64,000 bases of DNA from Callorhinchus milii. Taxonomy: Eukaryota. The translations under genes were made by a program, and so were the position numbers. The DNA lies in NCBI RefSeq assembly GCF_018977255.1, contig NW_024704742.1:107634001-107698000 (forward strand), in the 5' to 3' direction. Below the pieces are notes generated by a model that was not told where the DNA came from, did not search any database, and saw only the letters and a program-made list of their open reading frames with translations. Positions 63,210 to 64,000 of the stretch are shown in pieces (positions within the stretch are counted from its first letter, which is position 1; every line of letters begins with the position of its first letter).

Positions 63210-63948
63210 ATAATAATAATAATCCTTACATTTGATATAGCAACTTATCATGTCGATGAAATGTCTCAAAGCCCTTCAGGGGATTTACTGTAACGTGGAG
63301 TGACTGTGTATTTTGTGGGTGAAACGTGGCAACCAATTGCGCACAGCAGTGTCCCACAAACAGCTGTGGAGTGAGAGATCAACATTTTATTTATTTTTTA
63401 TTTGTGGGGATTGTTGACCAGGACACCAAGAGAGAGAAACTCCCAATGGGTCATTCACTTCATGGATGTAAACAAGCCATTGCTTTGTGCAAATGGCTGT
63501 TGTGTTTGTCAAAAACACAGTTACTACAGTTTTGCTGATATGAAAAACACTATACCAAATGTAAGGATTATTATTATAAGATATGTAGAAAGTGAAGTGT
63601 AAAAAATGGAATCAACACAGTGTTGCAGTAATGAGTGCTCTTCTGAGTGGGGATGGGGAGGAATACATTTTCTTGGGACAGAGGAAGGTATCTTTGGTCT
63701 GTGCTTGACAAACGCAATGCTTGGCCTGAAAGTACTTGAATCAGATATCCACATTCAAAAATGGAATTGTCAGCTAAACAATGTGACACATGATGTATTT
63801 GAAAATTGTACCATTTCATGGCTGTTCGTGGAACATTGCTGTGCACATATTGGCTGCTGCATTCCCCTACCACATTTACAGTAATTTGAGACGTTAAAGT
63901 GATATGATAAAGACATAATATCAAATGCAAGGATAATTATTATTATTT
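63210..63948. mobile_element. Cluster of SINE 3' fragments (63210-63430 minus; about 63450-63578 and 63815-63948 plus)
   Basis: Three copies of the caaatg(c/t)aaggat(t/a)att terminus with adjacent body sequence. Confidence 0.75.
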
Positions 63949-64000
63949 TTAGAAAAGAGAAAGTCGGAAATAGCAGTTTGCTGTTAAACAGAAGAAGAAA

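Overview
AT-rich, CpG-depleted, repeat-dense vertebrate DNA that reads as intronic or intergenic. The repeat complement points to a cartilaginous fish, probably a chimaera/elephant-shark-like genome (inference from repeat families only). It contains L2 and CR1 LINE fragments, an old DeuSINE/SacSINE1-like SINE, a young tRNA-Ala-headed SINE with an L2-type tail, and a Penelope-type hairpin. I found no intact protein-coding gene; almost all ORFs in the supplied track are read-throughs of LINE or SINE copies. The most notable items: (1) a 220-bp non-coding fold-back element at 36.9-37.1 kb carrying an apparently intact minimal hammerhead ribozyme core; (2) a SINE/L2 shared 3' stem-loop with visible compensatory changes and two loop variants; (3) long and short forms of the young SINE; (4) a CpG-rich segment with a perfect ARE/MARE, a CRE-like site and a consensus splice donor at 23.6-23.9 kb, plus weak minus-strand exon candidates; (5) an exact 32-bp direct repeat, an old ~150-bp inverted repeat, a hAT MITE and several faint transposase/pol fossils. 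Repeat boundaries were read by eye and are approximate (+/- 10-30 bp). Family names are by recognition, not by database search.
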